Part shown: positions 40,446-53,363 of the stretch, piece after piece
How the letters are laid out: every line of letters begins with the position of its first letter
How positions within the stretch are numbered: position 1 is the stretch's first letter
Origin: Gracilinanus agilis
Taxonomy: Eukaryota
DNA length: 64,000 bases
NCBI RefSeq assembly: GCF_016433145.1
Contig: NC_058133.1
Span: forward strand, 7,765,162 to 7,829,161
Direction: 5' to 3'
Notes under the pieces: generated by a model
What the model saw: only the letters and a program-made list of their open reading frames with translations
Database searches by the model: none
What the model was told of the DNA's origin: nothing
Position numbers and translations under genes: made by a program

Positions 40446-41799
40446 TTTCCTTCCTTGACCGAACACAAGACGGAGCCTCTGGTGCTCCTGAACGCAGACT
40501 TTTCTGGCACTAGACATTCCTCAGACTCTATCTTAGGCGGGGGATTCCCCAGAGGCTCGGGCTGGGGGACCCCCAAGGCATCCGGTCCTTCAGAGAGTTC
40601 CCTTGTAGCTTGGACCATTTTGGGTTTCCTTAAGCTACGGGATCCCGACGGGAAGAGAAACGAAGAGGCAGCACTTTCCAAGTGGGAAACACACTGAAGG
40701 GCTCTCGCCTCTCATCTGGAAGTTTTTGCTGTTTACCGTCATCAGGATTGTTTTGTTCTTATGCTATTTCTCTATTGCTAGCACAGACGATGGAGTTAGG
40801 AAGACCCGAATCCATCATTGGACTCCAGACAATGACCAAGATCACAGCGAGGTGGGCATCAGAGAGAAATCCAAGACAAATGCTTATTTTGGTGACAGTC
40901 ACTACAAGAGCTTGAGAGGAGGGTGGCGTAGTAGAAAAGACACAGGTCTTGGCTTCAGGAAGGCCCTCTGTTCGAATCCCGCCTAAGACACTCCCTAGCT
41001 AGGTGGCCATGGACAGAGCAACCTCTCTGAAGCTCGGTGTCTTCATCTATGAAAGGTGGGCAATGATACCTCTACTACTTCCCTATTTCCTTGTGTAATG
41101 CCAATCAACTATTAGGAAGTGATAAACCTGGATCCTGGAGGATAATAAACTTCTTTTTAATAATGATAACAACAACAATAATACTAGCTAGTGTTTAGTT
41201 TGAAAAATGCTTCACAAAGAAGCATTTTTTTAATTTTCCCAGCAACTCTGGGAAGCAGGTCCTATTAGTAGTCCCATTTTACAGATGAGGAAACAGACTT
41301 AAGAGAGATTAAGTGACCTGTCCAGGTTTGCCCAACACTATATATAGTAAGTGTTTGAAACAAGATTTGAACTCGGGTCTTTCTGACTCCAGACCCAGTG
41401 TCTATCTATCCACTGTGGCACCAGCTTTTAGATCAGTCATTTGTAGTCTTAGAGACTTGTGTGGGAGCACTAGAGGGTTAAACATCTTGCTCAGGGGTCA
41501 CAGACCAGCAGGAGGACTGGACCCCAACTTTTTCTGACTCTGCCATCAGCTCTTTGCCTCCTGCGTTATGCCATCTCGAAGTATTATTATCACCCTCATT
41601 TTAGAGATGAAAAATTGATTTTTTAAAAATAGAGATTCAATAAGAAGGCTCGGAGGGGGAGGTATGAGGTAGGCTTATTCCTGAGTTCAAGTCCCGGCAG
41701 GAGGGAGGGAGGGAGGACCCAGAAAGAAAAGCACAAGGATGGAAAAGAGAAGCCTAATGCCTAAAATACCGACTTCATTAGGCTATAACTGTATCTAAT

Positions 41800-42130
41800 C
41801 AGGCAATCAGGAAGCTCTCATCAGGTGCCTGCTGTGTGCCGGGCACTGGGCTCAGCCCTGGGGCTGCAAAAATAGGCCAGCGGCAGCCCCTGGCCTCAAG
41901 GAGCCCCCAGTTTCATGGGGAGCCAACATGCAAGCAAGGCTATACGAAGCAAGCCAAGCATAGGATAAATAGGAAAAACGACGAGGAGGAGGAAGGCCCT
42001 GGCCCTCGCGGGGCTGGAGAAGGCTTCCTGGAGAAAGGGGGATTTCAGCGGGGACTTAAAGGCAGCCAGGGAGGTCAGCAGGAGGAGCGTTCCTGGCATG
42101 GAGGACGGCCAGGAAAGGTGCCCAGAGCCC
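41800..42130 (-). mobile_element. L2 3' fragment
   Basis: aatcaggcaatcaggaagctctcatcaggtgcctgctgtgtgccgggcactgggc and gcccctggcctcaaggagcccccagtt are antisense L2 tail motifs. Confidence 0.65.
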
Positions 42131-42854
42131 AGAGGCTCTTGCCCATGTATCACATTATAGTATATTTGACCCAACAGTGGTCCAGACATAAAGTTCTATA
42201 AAACCCCGTCAGGCAAATATGTGCCAGCCCAGTCTGAAGTTGAGAAGAGAAGGACCCCAATATGCCCTCCTGATCTTCTGGTTCCCCGGGATCTCTTTAA
42301 TGGCCAGAGCCCATGGGAGCACGACACTGCGCTGAAGCCAGGGTCGCAAACCAAGTCTATCTGTCCCATTCATGGGGAAGGGTCCGGACTGAAAGCCGGA
42401 GAGTGAGCAGGCTTAGGAACCAAGCTCACATCTGCTAAGAGATCATGGATGAGGCAGCAGCTGGGAAGAAAGCTGGATGTCTGACCCATCCCCGGCTGCC
42501 TCACTGGATGGATCCACCATGGACCTGGAGCTGGAAGGAAGCTTAGAGATCATCTAGTACAACCTCTTTATTTGACAGGTGAGGAAACTGAGGCCGAGGA
42601 AGATGAAGAGACCCAGATCACCCAGGTACTATGAGGCAGAGCAAAAATTAGGACCAGCATCTTCTTGGTCACACTCCGTGAGCTGAGGATTAACAAAAAC
42701 CGACATAATCCCGATGAAGCCTTCCAATGAGTCAAGGAAAGGAACAATGGCCCCTGGCATTGCAGAAGGGATGTTGGACCTGGGGACAGACAGCCCAAGC
42801 TTGAATCTTGTCTCTGGAGTCACTTATCCCCAGAGAACCTCAGTGTCCTTCTCT

Positions 42855-42942
42855 GATGATGACGGTGATGATAATGGTGGTGATGATAATGGTGATGATG
42901 ATGATGATGATGATGATGATATGATAATGATGGTGCTGATGA
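42855..42942. repeat. (GAT/GGT)n trinucleotide repeat running into a gap
   Basis: Read directly. Confidence 0.93.
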
Positions 42943-45111
42943 NNNNNNNNNNNNNNNNNNNNNNNNNNNNNNNNNNNNNNNNNNNNNNNNNNNNNNNNNN
43001 NNNNNNNNNNNNNNNNNNNNNNNNNNNNNNNNNNNNNNNNNNNNNNNNNNNNNNNNNNNNNNNNNNNNNNNNNNNNNNNNNNNNNNNNNNNNNNNNNNNN
43101 NNNNNNNNNNNNNNNNNNNNNNNNNNNNNNNNNNNNNNNNNNNNNNNNNNNNNNNNNNNNNNNNNNNNNNNNNNNNNNNNNNNNNNNNNNNNNNNNNNNN
43201 NNNNNNNNNNNNNNNNNNNNNNNNNNNCTCAGCTCCCACACAGTCATGCTGAGGTGAGTACTGGGTAAATGAGACTGCGCCAGCCTTAAGCACTTTGTAA
43301 ATGTGAGGTGACCAGTAGGAGGGAATAGCACCTCCCAACAGCCCAGGGGCAAATGAAGTCCCATATATAAAGCATTTTGTAAACCTAAAGTGCTCTGTAA
43401 ATGCGGGTGAGGATGGTGGTGATATCCTACCTCAAAGACAGAACTCAAACTCAGGTCTTCCTGGTTTGCTTCCATCCAGCCTAACCAAGCCAACCCTCCA
43501 TCTACTAACAGTGGGTGCCTTCTGAGTGGGTGTCTCTGTGGGCTGGGCAGCACATGAAATTGCAGGACAGAGTTAGTGAGGGAAGAAAGCAGGGGTGGAC
43601 GCCAAGTTGGCTTCCCGTTCTTCCCAGGCATCTGGGCACATGCTTGGCTTTTCCCTAGGCAGGAGCTGGGAGATCCTGGGACAGAGCTCTATCCCCATTG
43701 TTTGAGCATATTCTTGAGGTAATTTCATTTTTGTTTATTGTATCTTCCCAAGGAGGCTAGACTACGAAGCCCCTACTATGGGTACAGATTCCACATGCAA
43801 TGGGAACTCAACACCTATTGCTGAGGAATCAATGTTTACGATGATTCATCAAACCTACTTATATTTCTCAGTTTTTCCTATAATCTCAGGCTCCTATACG
43901 GGTCTTATTTATTTAAAACCCCCAAACATGAGGCAGATCAAGGCAGCTGGGCCCAACAGACAAAAAAGCCAGCCACAGAGTCAGGCAGAATGTCGGTGTG
44001 AGTATCCTCTCTCACACAGAACAGGCTATGTGACCCTGGACAAGTCACTATCTCTGAGTGCTACCAGGTAGCTCTTGAAGGCTCTATACATTTTATTGAT
44101 GATTGGGTTACTGAGAAGTGGAAAGAGTTTTCCACCCCGATAAAAGCACAGATTAGGCCTTCCAATAAAAAGGGTGCAAGAGTCACTTATGTACCACTCT
44201 ATGAGAAACTGGAGGGGAGCAAACAGTTCAGGTGACTCGAGATTCCATAAAGAAACTGGAGAACTTCGGAGTTTGAGCTGTGGAAGTCCCCTGCCTGGTG
44301 GATTTGACTTCAAAAGTCTCTTTTAATGAGCCTGTCAAGCTGCCTGCTTTGAATAAAGAAGTGAGAACGTTTCTGAGCGCCTGTAATTCTTCCAGGATGG
44401 TAGAAAAAGCAAATATAATTAATAGTCAATTAGAGGAGGGCCATTAATGGTTATGGTTATCGTGACTTTCATCAGTTAGAAGCTTTCGCATTTCTAAGCC
44501 TGGGCAGCGAATACACCATGTTTGGAGTTCTAAAATGTTTTCTTCTCTGGGCAAAAAAGCCAATTTGTTTAGACGTGACTTAAATTAATATTGAGACGGG
44601 GGCAAATGGGGGGGGGTAACAGAAAGACTGAAATCTAGAGGAACCATGTTGGGATCAACAGCAGAAAAGTGCCTGGCACATAGTAGGTGCTTAGAAATCT
44701 GGCTTCCCTACTTCCTTGACTGATAACAGAATAGCTTTGGATAAAAACTTAAAATCTAAAAGGCTGAAATCTCTTTCTCTCTTTTTTATATGGGGGGTGC
44801 TAAGGGCAGCAGACATCAAGTTTCATGGGGTGACCTCAGGCAGTTGCTAAACCTCAGCCGAGTGCTCGGCACATAGAAGGCACCTAATCAATGTTGGGTG
44901 ACTGCTTCCAATTGCAGGCCTCAGTTTCCTCAGCTGTAAAAGTGTCATGAAAGCGGCGGGCCCTATTTTATACTGATTGGTGTCATTTTCATTCATCGGT
45001 CAACCATCAGACATTGATGAAGGACCTACTGTGTTCCAGGTGCTGTGTTAGGTTCTGGAATACTAAGATGAGAAAAAGTCTCTGCTCTCCTTCTCCGTAT
45101 GCCTAAAAGAA

Positions 45112-45116
<5 letters not shown>

Positions 45117-45162
<46 letters not shown>
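45117..45162. repeat. (TG)23 microsatellite
   Basis: Read directly. Confidence 0.95.
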
Positions 45163-45166
<4 letters not shown>

Positions 45167-46179
45167 CGTGTGCGCAGGGGAGGCATCAGCAGCTGGAGAG
45201 ACCCCCAAAGATCTCCTGCAGGAGGCCATGCTTGGGTGGAAGTCTGAAGGGACTTTTAGACTCCAAGAGGAGAGTTTAGCTCCTGCTTGGAGACTGAAGA
45301 TGGGAGATCACGAAGGTCAAAAGGTTGCCGAAGTGTTCAGTGAATGAACTTTGGCTCGTATTCCTTCATCACTCATGTTGTGGTCCATTATTCATGTGGA
45401 TTCTAAAAACTGCCTCGGCCGTGTGAGCTGCTGCGCTGGGACGCCCCTTCCCTGAGAGAGATGGAAAGAGCTCAAGCCAGGAGACCCGAGAGGCAGCTTA
45501 GCGACTTGGCCGGCTGCTGCAGTGGTTCGATGCCTCGTTGAGCCGGGGCAAACCACTGAACCTCGGAGCCTCATTTGCCTCATCCATAAGATGCAGAGGC
45601 TGGTGGCTTCCAATCATGGCGGCTGGGTAGTGCCGTGGATAGAGTGCTGGAATCAGGAAGACCTGAGTTTGGATCCTACCTCAGACAGTTACTGGCCAAG
45701 TCACTGAACTTCATTTTCCTTATCTGTAAAATGGGAGCAATGATAATACCTCCCTTGCAGAGATTTTGAAGATCAAATGAGGTCGATATATTTAAGGTAC
45801 TTAGCAAACTTTAAAGTAATGTATAGCTATATGACTGGATATATAAATAAACTATTAATATAGTATATCTAGTACATTATATATGTAAAGTATTATTATA
45901 CTATTATGATGATGAAATTCCCATTATTCATGTCATATCTTATGGTTCTCTCATTATAGATAATGGGGGGATGAGGCACATCCCCAAATAATACAAGTAG
46001 AAGGTGAAAATTCCCAAAGAAGAGCATCCTGGACTCTGCAGTAGAAGGGACCTCAGATAGTGATCTAGACCAACCACCTCATTCTGTGACGGGAAACCTA
46101 GACTGGGGGGGGTGCCTAATTGGGTCCAAAGGGGTCCAAGAGATGGAAAGATCCCTTTCAGCTTGGGCTAGCAGAGAAG

Positions 46180-46600
46180 CCCTCAAAGACACGGCCTCCC
46201 GCTGGGGCCTGAAGGAAGGGAGGACGGATTGTAGCTGGCCAAGAGGACAAAGTCATCGATTTCAGCCAAAGATGGCGGCCCGCTCACGAAGCGTGGCCTG
46301 GGGAGGAAGGAGGGAGGAGGCGGGAAGCTCCGATGGAAGGCGCCCCAAATGCAGAAGTGACGAGGAGGCCGGGAGCCCGGAGGACTGGGGGGAGCGAAGG
46401 GACTCCGATTTGCCAGAAGATAACGACATGGCAGGGTGGGGAGAACTTGGGGTTTCAGGCTTGGTTGGAGGTGGGGACCCATTGACTGTGATCGGCAAGT
46501 CAGGGGAGCCCCAGGTTTGGAGGAGAAGATGATGAGTTCAGTTTTACAAATACTGCATTTGATGTGCCTGTTAGCTATCCAAGCGGAGTTCTCTAGAATA
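46180..46600 (-). mobile_element. L2 ORF2 C-terminal fragment
   Basis: ORF 46183-46647 contains WIANRHIKCSICKTELIIFSSKP, matching the L2 motif WMSxRHLKLNMSKTELIIFPPKP. Confidence 0.78.
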
Positions 46601-48085
46601 ATGATAGCATAATAGTGATGACCATAGCTAACGCTTATACTGTGCAAAGTGCTTCACAAATATCTCACTTGATCCTTATAACAATTGTGCAAGGGAGGGG
46701 CTATGATGGTCCCCATTTTACCAGTTGGGAAAACTGAGGCAGACAGAGGTGAAATGACTTGCCCAGGATCTCACAGCCAGTAAGTGTCTGAGGTCACATT
46801 TGAACTCAGATCTCTCTGCCTCTAGACGCCTCTAGACACCACTCTATAGCCACCGAATGGTCTGGTGGCTGGAAGTCGGTTGTCCTTGTCAGACTGGAAA
46901 TTTAGGCTGAAGGCACAGGAAGGCAGAGTCAGAGAACGAGAATGGAGACTGGATCCATGACTTCATCAGCAGAAACTTTTAGCTTCGGAAACGTTGAAGT
47001 TCCGACTTTCTCCCGTTTCTCTTTCCCGCATCCTTTCCCCAGACTGCCGCCCACTCTGCCGCCTGCTGGCCTCTTCCACAAGTCCGGGGAACTTTCCGCT
47101 GTCTGCGGTTTCCGGAATTTCCTGTGAATTCGGCTTCTTCTTGCTTCTTCGCATTCGGCTACCCACAGAGTTTCACACACGATTCCCAACCACGACGCCT
47201 CATTGCTGTGCCTCCAACCCGAGCGCCTGCCTCGAGGACAATGAAGTCGGGATCGGGCTGCGCGCTGGTGGGGAAGGGACGGGGAGGCGGGAGGGCTCTC
47301 GGGAAAGGGAGTCATCTCATGGTCTTCCTCCCCGAGGCAGAAGATTATGCAACGGCCACTGAACCTTCTCGAGCCAAAGCCCGTCCTCTCCTCCAGGAGG
47401 CCTGTTCTTACACGTCTGCTGACATCCCTCTTCAGGCACTTTGGAACATCATTAGCTGTTTCCTCTCCTGACGTGCCGGGTCACCTCGTGGGGCTCAGAA
47501 CTGGGGGGACCCGAAGGTTAGGGAGAAAAGGAGCCAGCGGAGGGGAGGGGGAGGTCTCCTGGGCCAGGAGCAAGGCTTCCCTCCACGGAACTGACTAGCA
47601 GGAGTTTGGGTGGACGTGAAGGCAAATTCTAAGGCTCAGCCCTGCTCGGATCACCGTGGGAACGACACTGAGAATTATCCAACAATGGCCACAATGGCCG
47701 CCCCAAAATCGACAGCTTTTTCCTAGCACGACGTCCAAGAATCTTCTTTCACTCAAGAGTAATAACGGGTTTGCTTAGAGTCGGGAAGCCCAGGGTCAAA
47801 CTGCTGTTGAACCATCACCAGCTGGGTCAGTTCCTTGTTATTTCCCAGACTTGGTTTCATCATCTGTGAAAGGGACATCATAATGGCAGCTACCTGGAGG
47901 AGGTTTTGTGAGGATCAGAGATCCTCCAGAGTGCTGGGCAAGCCTTAAAGCTTTCTCTTCTCTCTGTTCATTCTATTTGGACTCCTGAACGAGGAGCCTT
48001 TAGCACAATGCTTGGCACATGGGGAACTCCCAGGTGAGGAAATTCCTTCTTCCCGTGAAGATTGGCCCTTCCTCTGCTCAATCTT

Positions 48086-48272
48086 TTTTTTTTTTTTTTT
48101 TAAACCCTTAACTTCTGTGTATTGGCTCCTAGGTGGAAGAGTGGTAAGGGTGGGCAATGGGGGTCAAGGGACTTGCCCAGGGTCACACAGCTGGGAAGTG
48201 TCTGAGGCTGGATTTGAACCCAGGACCTCCCATCTCTAGGCCTGACTCTCCATCCACTGAGCTACCCAGCTC
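48086..48272 (-). mobile_element. Short-tail SINE1_Mdo-like SINE
   Basis: Long T tract then full body; TSD CTCTGCTCA(A/G)TCTT (48072-48085, 48279-48292) followed by AAAA, the L1 endonuclease site pattern. Confidence 0.95.
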
Positions 48273-50272
48273 CCTCCACTCTGCTCAGTCTTAAAAATTA
48301 TGAGACTTGCTTGAAGTCCCACAGCTAGTCTAGGCAAAGCAGGTTTTCTGGTTATAAGCCCGACTGTCTCCACCGAGTTATCTCTTGTGTCATGGAGGGC
48401 TCAACACATAGCAAACACTTATTAAAAACTTGTCACTTGCTTAGGACCAGAGGTAGAGTTGAGGCTGAATTTCCAATTTACTCAAACTCCTGGGTTCTCT
48501 TTCCAAAAATGGCTGCCTGCCCACATGTCTCTGCATCCTGCCCTCGTGTCCATCCTGCCCTCATGCTGGGGCTCCATCCTGCCACTCAGGAATCCTAGAA
48601 ATTCACCTCTGTGAAATTTCCTCTTGAGAGACGGCGAAGCCTGTTCCATCCAGAGCTGGTCTGAGTTAAGATGACTTGGGTTCAGGCTGGGCTCTTTTCA
48701 GAGACACGGACAATTCTCTAAGGTGGAGTTTTCAGTCTGCATCCATGGAGGGGGTGTCCATGTCCATGTTGGGAGAGGGGACCAGGGGTTCAGCAACGGG
48801 ACAGAGATCTTGGTTGTCCAAGGAAGGTCAAATGAGCCTGATGGGCTGCTTAAGAGTTTTTTTTTTTTAATTCCTGTATCTGTTCCCAAGCAAATGAAAG
48901 TCCTTTCAATCAGCATTTGCATTTTTGGATAAGGCCATCCCTCCTTGATAGCCATATGATACATTAGCTCTCTGTGTGGGAGTCGGGGAGCTCATTACCT
49001 ACTTCTGGTGAAATGAGAGACATGAGTCATTCTGAAGCTTTGCCTTAGAGATTTCCTTGTAAAATTCCAGGTGGGGGATGAGTCAAGAGAGAACGTTTGT
49101 GATACAAGCCCTGCCTCCCCACCCCGAAACCAATACTAATTCATCGGAGTCCATAAATCCTAGATGAGTGCAGGCTTTGGGCAGCATGCATAGATTTTGT
49201 AGAAACATATGCATATGTGTTATCTTTAAACAAAACTTACTTTCTGTCTCATTAGTGCCCTTCTAAGTCAGAAGGGCAAGGGACACTCCTTCTCTGGCTC
49301 CTTTTGTCCCTTCCCCTTGCACAAATCCCATCCTTACAACAGGCAAACAGGGTTTAGTGACTTTCCCAGGTTACACAGCTAGGAAGTGTCTGAAGTCAGA
49401 TTTGAACTCACATCTTCCTGATTTCAGGCTTAGCGCTCTATCTACTGTGCTTCCTAGCTGCCCCTGTCCCCCTCTCTTGATAGAATGAAGGCACCTGGAG
49501 GGGAGGATAATTTCATTTTAGTCTTTTCATCCTACAACAGACACTTAAGACTCTTGTTGATTGATTCTAATATTTGAGTAACCTAAATCAAATCCTTAGA
49601 GCATGTGACCATTGGAGGGACTCTTTAATTTGCTGATTTTATTCTCCATTTGTATCTTAGCCATCTGAAAATCCTGCACACCATCTATATCCCAACCGAA
49701 TAACAAAATATTATTTTGAGAAGCTCACAAAAGCAGAGGGGGAGATATTCGAGATACCCATCACATAGGCTCCATCCATGGAAGAGTTTGCAATCTAATT
49801 GGAAAATAGAGCCCTCTCTGAAAGGTATTATTCAAAGGCTGTTGTGATTGGAAAATTGAAATGCTTGATGCTGCCAGGAGTAATGGATTTTTGATGGCAT
49901 TGCTTCTGCTTACTGAATTTCCATGATGCCTTCTCTTAGCATTAACAGAAAAAACTCGAATGCATAGAAATGGGCTGTGGACTGCTATGAAACAGTGTTC
50001 GATTTGGAGTCAGAAGATCTATTCCTTCTGGCATGTGTGGTCTTGGATAAATGATTGAGAAGCTCCAGACCTCCATTTCTTCATCTGCAAAAGGAGGGGG
50101 TTGGGCAAATTTCTTCCATGTTCCCTTCCCATTCTAGGTTGCTATGGACCTGAGATCTTTCACAAACAAGGCCCAGTGTTGACTGATCGAGTCTGATCAT
50201 ATAAGGAGGTCTGCAAAGACCAGTGGAAAAGGCATAAGACCAAACACTTTGCATTTGCTTATCCCTATACAT

Positions 50273-50465
50273 CGGTGATTCCCAAAGTGGGCGCCACCGC
50301 CCCCTGGTCGGTGCTGCAGTGATCCAAGGAAGGTGGTGATGGCCACAGGGGCATTTATCTTTCCTATTAATTGCTATTAAAATTAAAAAAAATATTTTCC
50401 AGGAGGCTGAATAATATTTTTTTCTGGAAAGGTGGCGGTAGGCCAAAAAAGTTTGGGAACCACTG
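50273..50465 (-). mobile_element. Non-autonomous hAT (Charlie-type) MITE, copy 2, opposite orientation
   Basis: TIRs CGGTGATTCCCAAA...TTTGGGAACCACTG; perfect 8-bp TSD CTATACAT at 50265-50272 and 50466-50473, the typical hAT length. Confidence 0.92.
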
Positions 50466-50479
50466 CTATACATGGTTTT

Positions 50480-52345
50480 CATGATAGAATATGAGCTCCT
50501 TGAGGGCAAGTCAAGTCAAGGAAATAAGCACTTATTAAACACCTACTATGAGACCAGCATCACGAAGGTGGCGAGGGCCAGAGAAAGGGCAAAACCATGG
50601 TCTCTGTTTTCAGGGAGTTCACAATCTGATGGAGGAGAAAACACAAACCACTATGTACAAACAAGATATGGACCGAGCAAACTGGAGATGATCTTTGAGG
50701 GCAAGAATAAGGGGGAGGTCAGAAAAAGCTTCCCACGGGAGATGGGCTTTTAGCTGAGTCTTGAAGGAAGCTGGAGAAGCTGTAGGTAAAGACGAAGATG
50801 AAGAGGGAGGGCTTGAGAAACGGGGGCCAGTGAGCAGAAATGCTCCAATCTGGGAGATGGACTTCATATGAAGAATGGCAAGGAAACGACGATCTCTGAA
50901 TTGCAGAGTATTTGAAGGGATGAAAGAAGCCTGGAAAACCATTTGCAGGGAGAAGCTAGGTAACACAGTAGATAGAGCACCGGGTCAGGAGGATGTGGGT
51001 TCAAATTTAGTCTCTGACACTTCATAACTGTGTGAACCTAGGCAAGTCACTTAACCCTGATTGTCTAGTCTTTGCTGTTCTTTTGTCTTACAATCGATGA
51101 GACAGAAGGTAAGTCTGTTGCTTTTTTATTTAAAGAAAGGTGAGTGTAGGTAGGGCACATAAGGAATGGCTGTAAAAGCTAGAGTATTTTCTGTTTGAAC
51201 CTAAAGGCAATAGGTAGCCAATGGAGATTATTGAATGGGAGGTGGGGTTTGATATGATCAAATCTGCCTACATTTTAAGATAACTGAATTGAGGATGGAC
51301 TGGAGTGGAGAGAGGTGAGAAGATGAGTCTAGCCAGAAGACTATAAAAATACTTGAGGAACCAGGTGATGAAGGCCTGTACCTGGGTCATGAGGAGAGTC
51401 AAAAGCAAGAAGAGAGTATATTTGAGAGATGTTGTCAAGGTAGAAATGACAAGACCTGGCAACATGGTGCATATGGGTGTTGAGAGAGGGTGTGTGGCTG
51501 GGTTGTAAGCCTGAGGGACTGGATGGTGATGCAGGCAGGAGTAATAAATAGCAAAAGCTGTGTGACCCTGGGCAAGTCACTTAATCCCCATTGCCAAGCC
51601 TTTACCCCTCTTCTGCCTTGCAACCAAAACATACTATTGGTTCCAAGATGGAAGGTGAGGATTTAAAAAAAAGAGTAAGAGGCAAATTGGGAAGAGGGGA
51701 AGAAAAATGAGCTTAGTGTTGGCCATTTGGAATTTTAGATGTTTTTAGGAAACATATAGTTGGAGATGCTCAACAGGCAGTGGGCTATGCACGGTTGGAG
51801 GTTGGCCAGGAAGTGAGGACTGAATAAAGAATTTGGGAATCATCAGTATTTGGATGAAAATTGAATCCATGGGAGCTGATTAGGTCAGCAAATGCAATAG
51901 TAAAGGAAAAGAGAGGACGCCACAGGACAAAGTCTACTGGGACACCCATGATTGCCAAGCAAACCCTGGATGAAGATCTAGCAAAGGAGACTGAAAACAG
52001 CCATCACCCAGGTGGGAGAAGAGCTGAGAGAGAGAGAGAGAGTAGCACCCCAAAACCCAGAGAGGAGGGTACAAAGAGAAGAGGCTGCTTCACAGTGGCA
52101 AGGACTGCCGAGAGGTCAAGAGAGGATGAAGATGGAGAAAAGGTCACTGGGATGACAGCTATGAGATCGTTAGCCACTTTGGAGAGGACAGTTTTGGTTG
52201 ACTGATGAAGTCATAAGCCAGACTAGAAAGTGAAGAAGAATGTGAGAGGAGAGGAAGTGAAGGCATCGGTGACCATCATGGTGACAGCCAAGGATTCTAG
52301 CTATGAAGAAGCAGAGAGAGACAGATACAAGATGGTTTGCAGGGA
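50480..52345 (-). mobile_element. Long L2 fragment interrupted by two SINE pieces (about 50955-51135 and 51555-51675)
   Basis: Antisense L2 tail (aagcacttattaaacacctactatg), ttagctgagtcttgaagga, gtagaaatgacaagacctggcaac, ttaggtcagcaaatgc...aaagagaggacgccacaggac. Confidence 0.75.
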
Positions 52346-52349
52346 CGGA

Positions 52350-52960
52350 CGCTCCCTCCTTAATCCATCTTTCCTCATCTTGATTGCTCTTCACACAGCT
52401 CCTGAAATTATTTTCTAAAAACAGAGTTCAGACCATGCCACCTTCCCTTCCTCTCCCCTCCCCAGCTCAATAAAGTTCAGCAGCTCCTTGTTTCCTCTAT
52501 GACCAAATATAAATTGTTCTTTTGGGCATTTATGAGTCTTCACCACCCGGCCCCTTCCTACTTTTGACGCTCCTCATGCACACTACTCCCTTCCATCCTA
52601 TTTCTGGTTCAGCCCCAGGAGCCTACTTGCTATTCCTCACACACAAAGCTCCATCTATCATCTCTTCTCCCTTCCACTGACTCATGCCTGGAATTCTTTC
52701 TCTCCTCACTTCCCTCTTCTTGACTCAGCTCCAGTGCCTCCTACTCACCCCCCAAAACTGCTAGTGCTCCCCCTTCCAAGATTAGCCTGCATCTGGTTTG
52801 ATTACAAGGTGCATCTCTCTCTCTCTTTTACCCGTTGGCTTCTCCATTAGAATGTAAGCTTCTCGAGGGCAAGGATAGTTTCCTTTTGCCTTTGTATTCC
52901 CAGGGCTTAGCATAGTTCCTAGCACATTAGTAGCATTAATAAGTGTGAATTGACGAGTTA
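52350..52960 (+). mobile_element. L2 3' fragment, head-to-head with the preceding L2
   Basis: agaatgtaagcttctcgagggcaaggatag...tgtattcccagggcttagcatagttcctagcacattagtagcattaataag. Confidence 0.75.
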
Positions 52961-53363
52961 ATCAAAAGTGCTGATTAATTAATTAAAAGTAATAATTAAT
53001 TATCATTGAATTTAATCGGTCTGAGTTTGCTTGGACAACAAGCTTGTTTTTTTTTTTTAAATTATTTATATTAATCTGTTTGTTATCTTTAAATACCCAG
53101 CTGCTCCCTTCTACTTATTTTAAAGGAAAACAAACAGGCATTGGCTATCACACCATGCCATCCACGCTGGAAATCTGGTTTTCTATGAAGCCAAAAATCA
53201 AGCAAAATGCCACTTAGTGAAGACCGATGGAGGTTAACCTGGTTATTCGTGGGTGTCGTCTGGCTACGTTGCCCAGAACGGCCGCTCTTTAGAAGCCATG
53301 GCCGCCCCTTGAAAATCCGCAAGGGCGCCTTTACAGTTCCGTTTGAGAGCCTAAAACGCTTAC

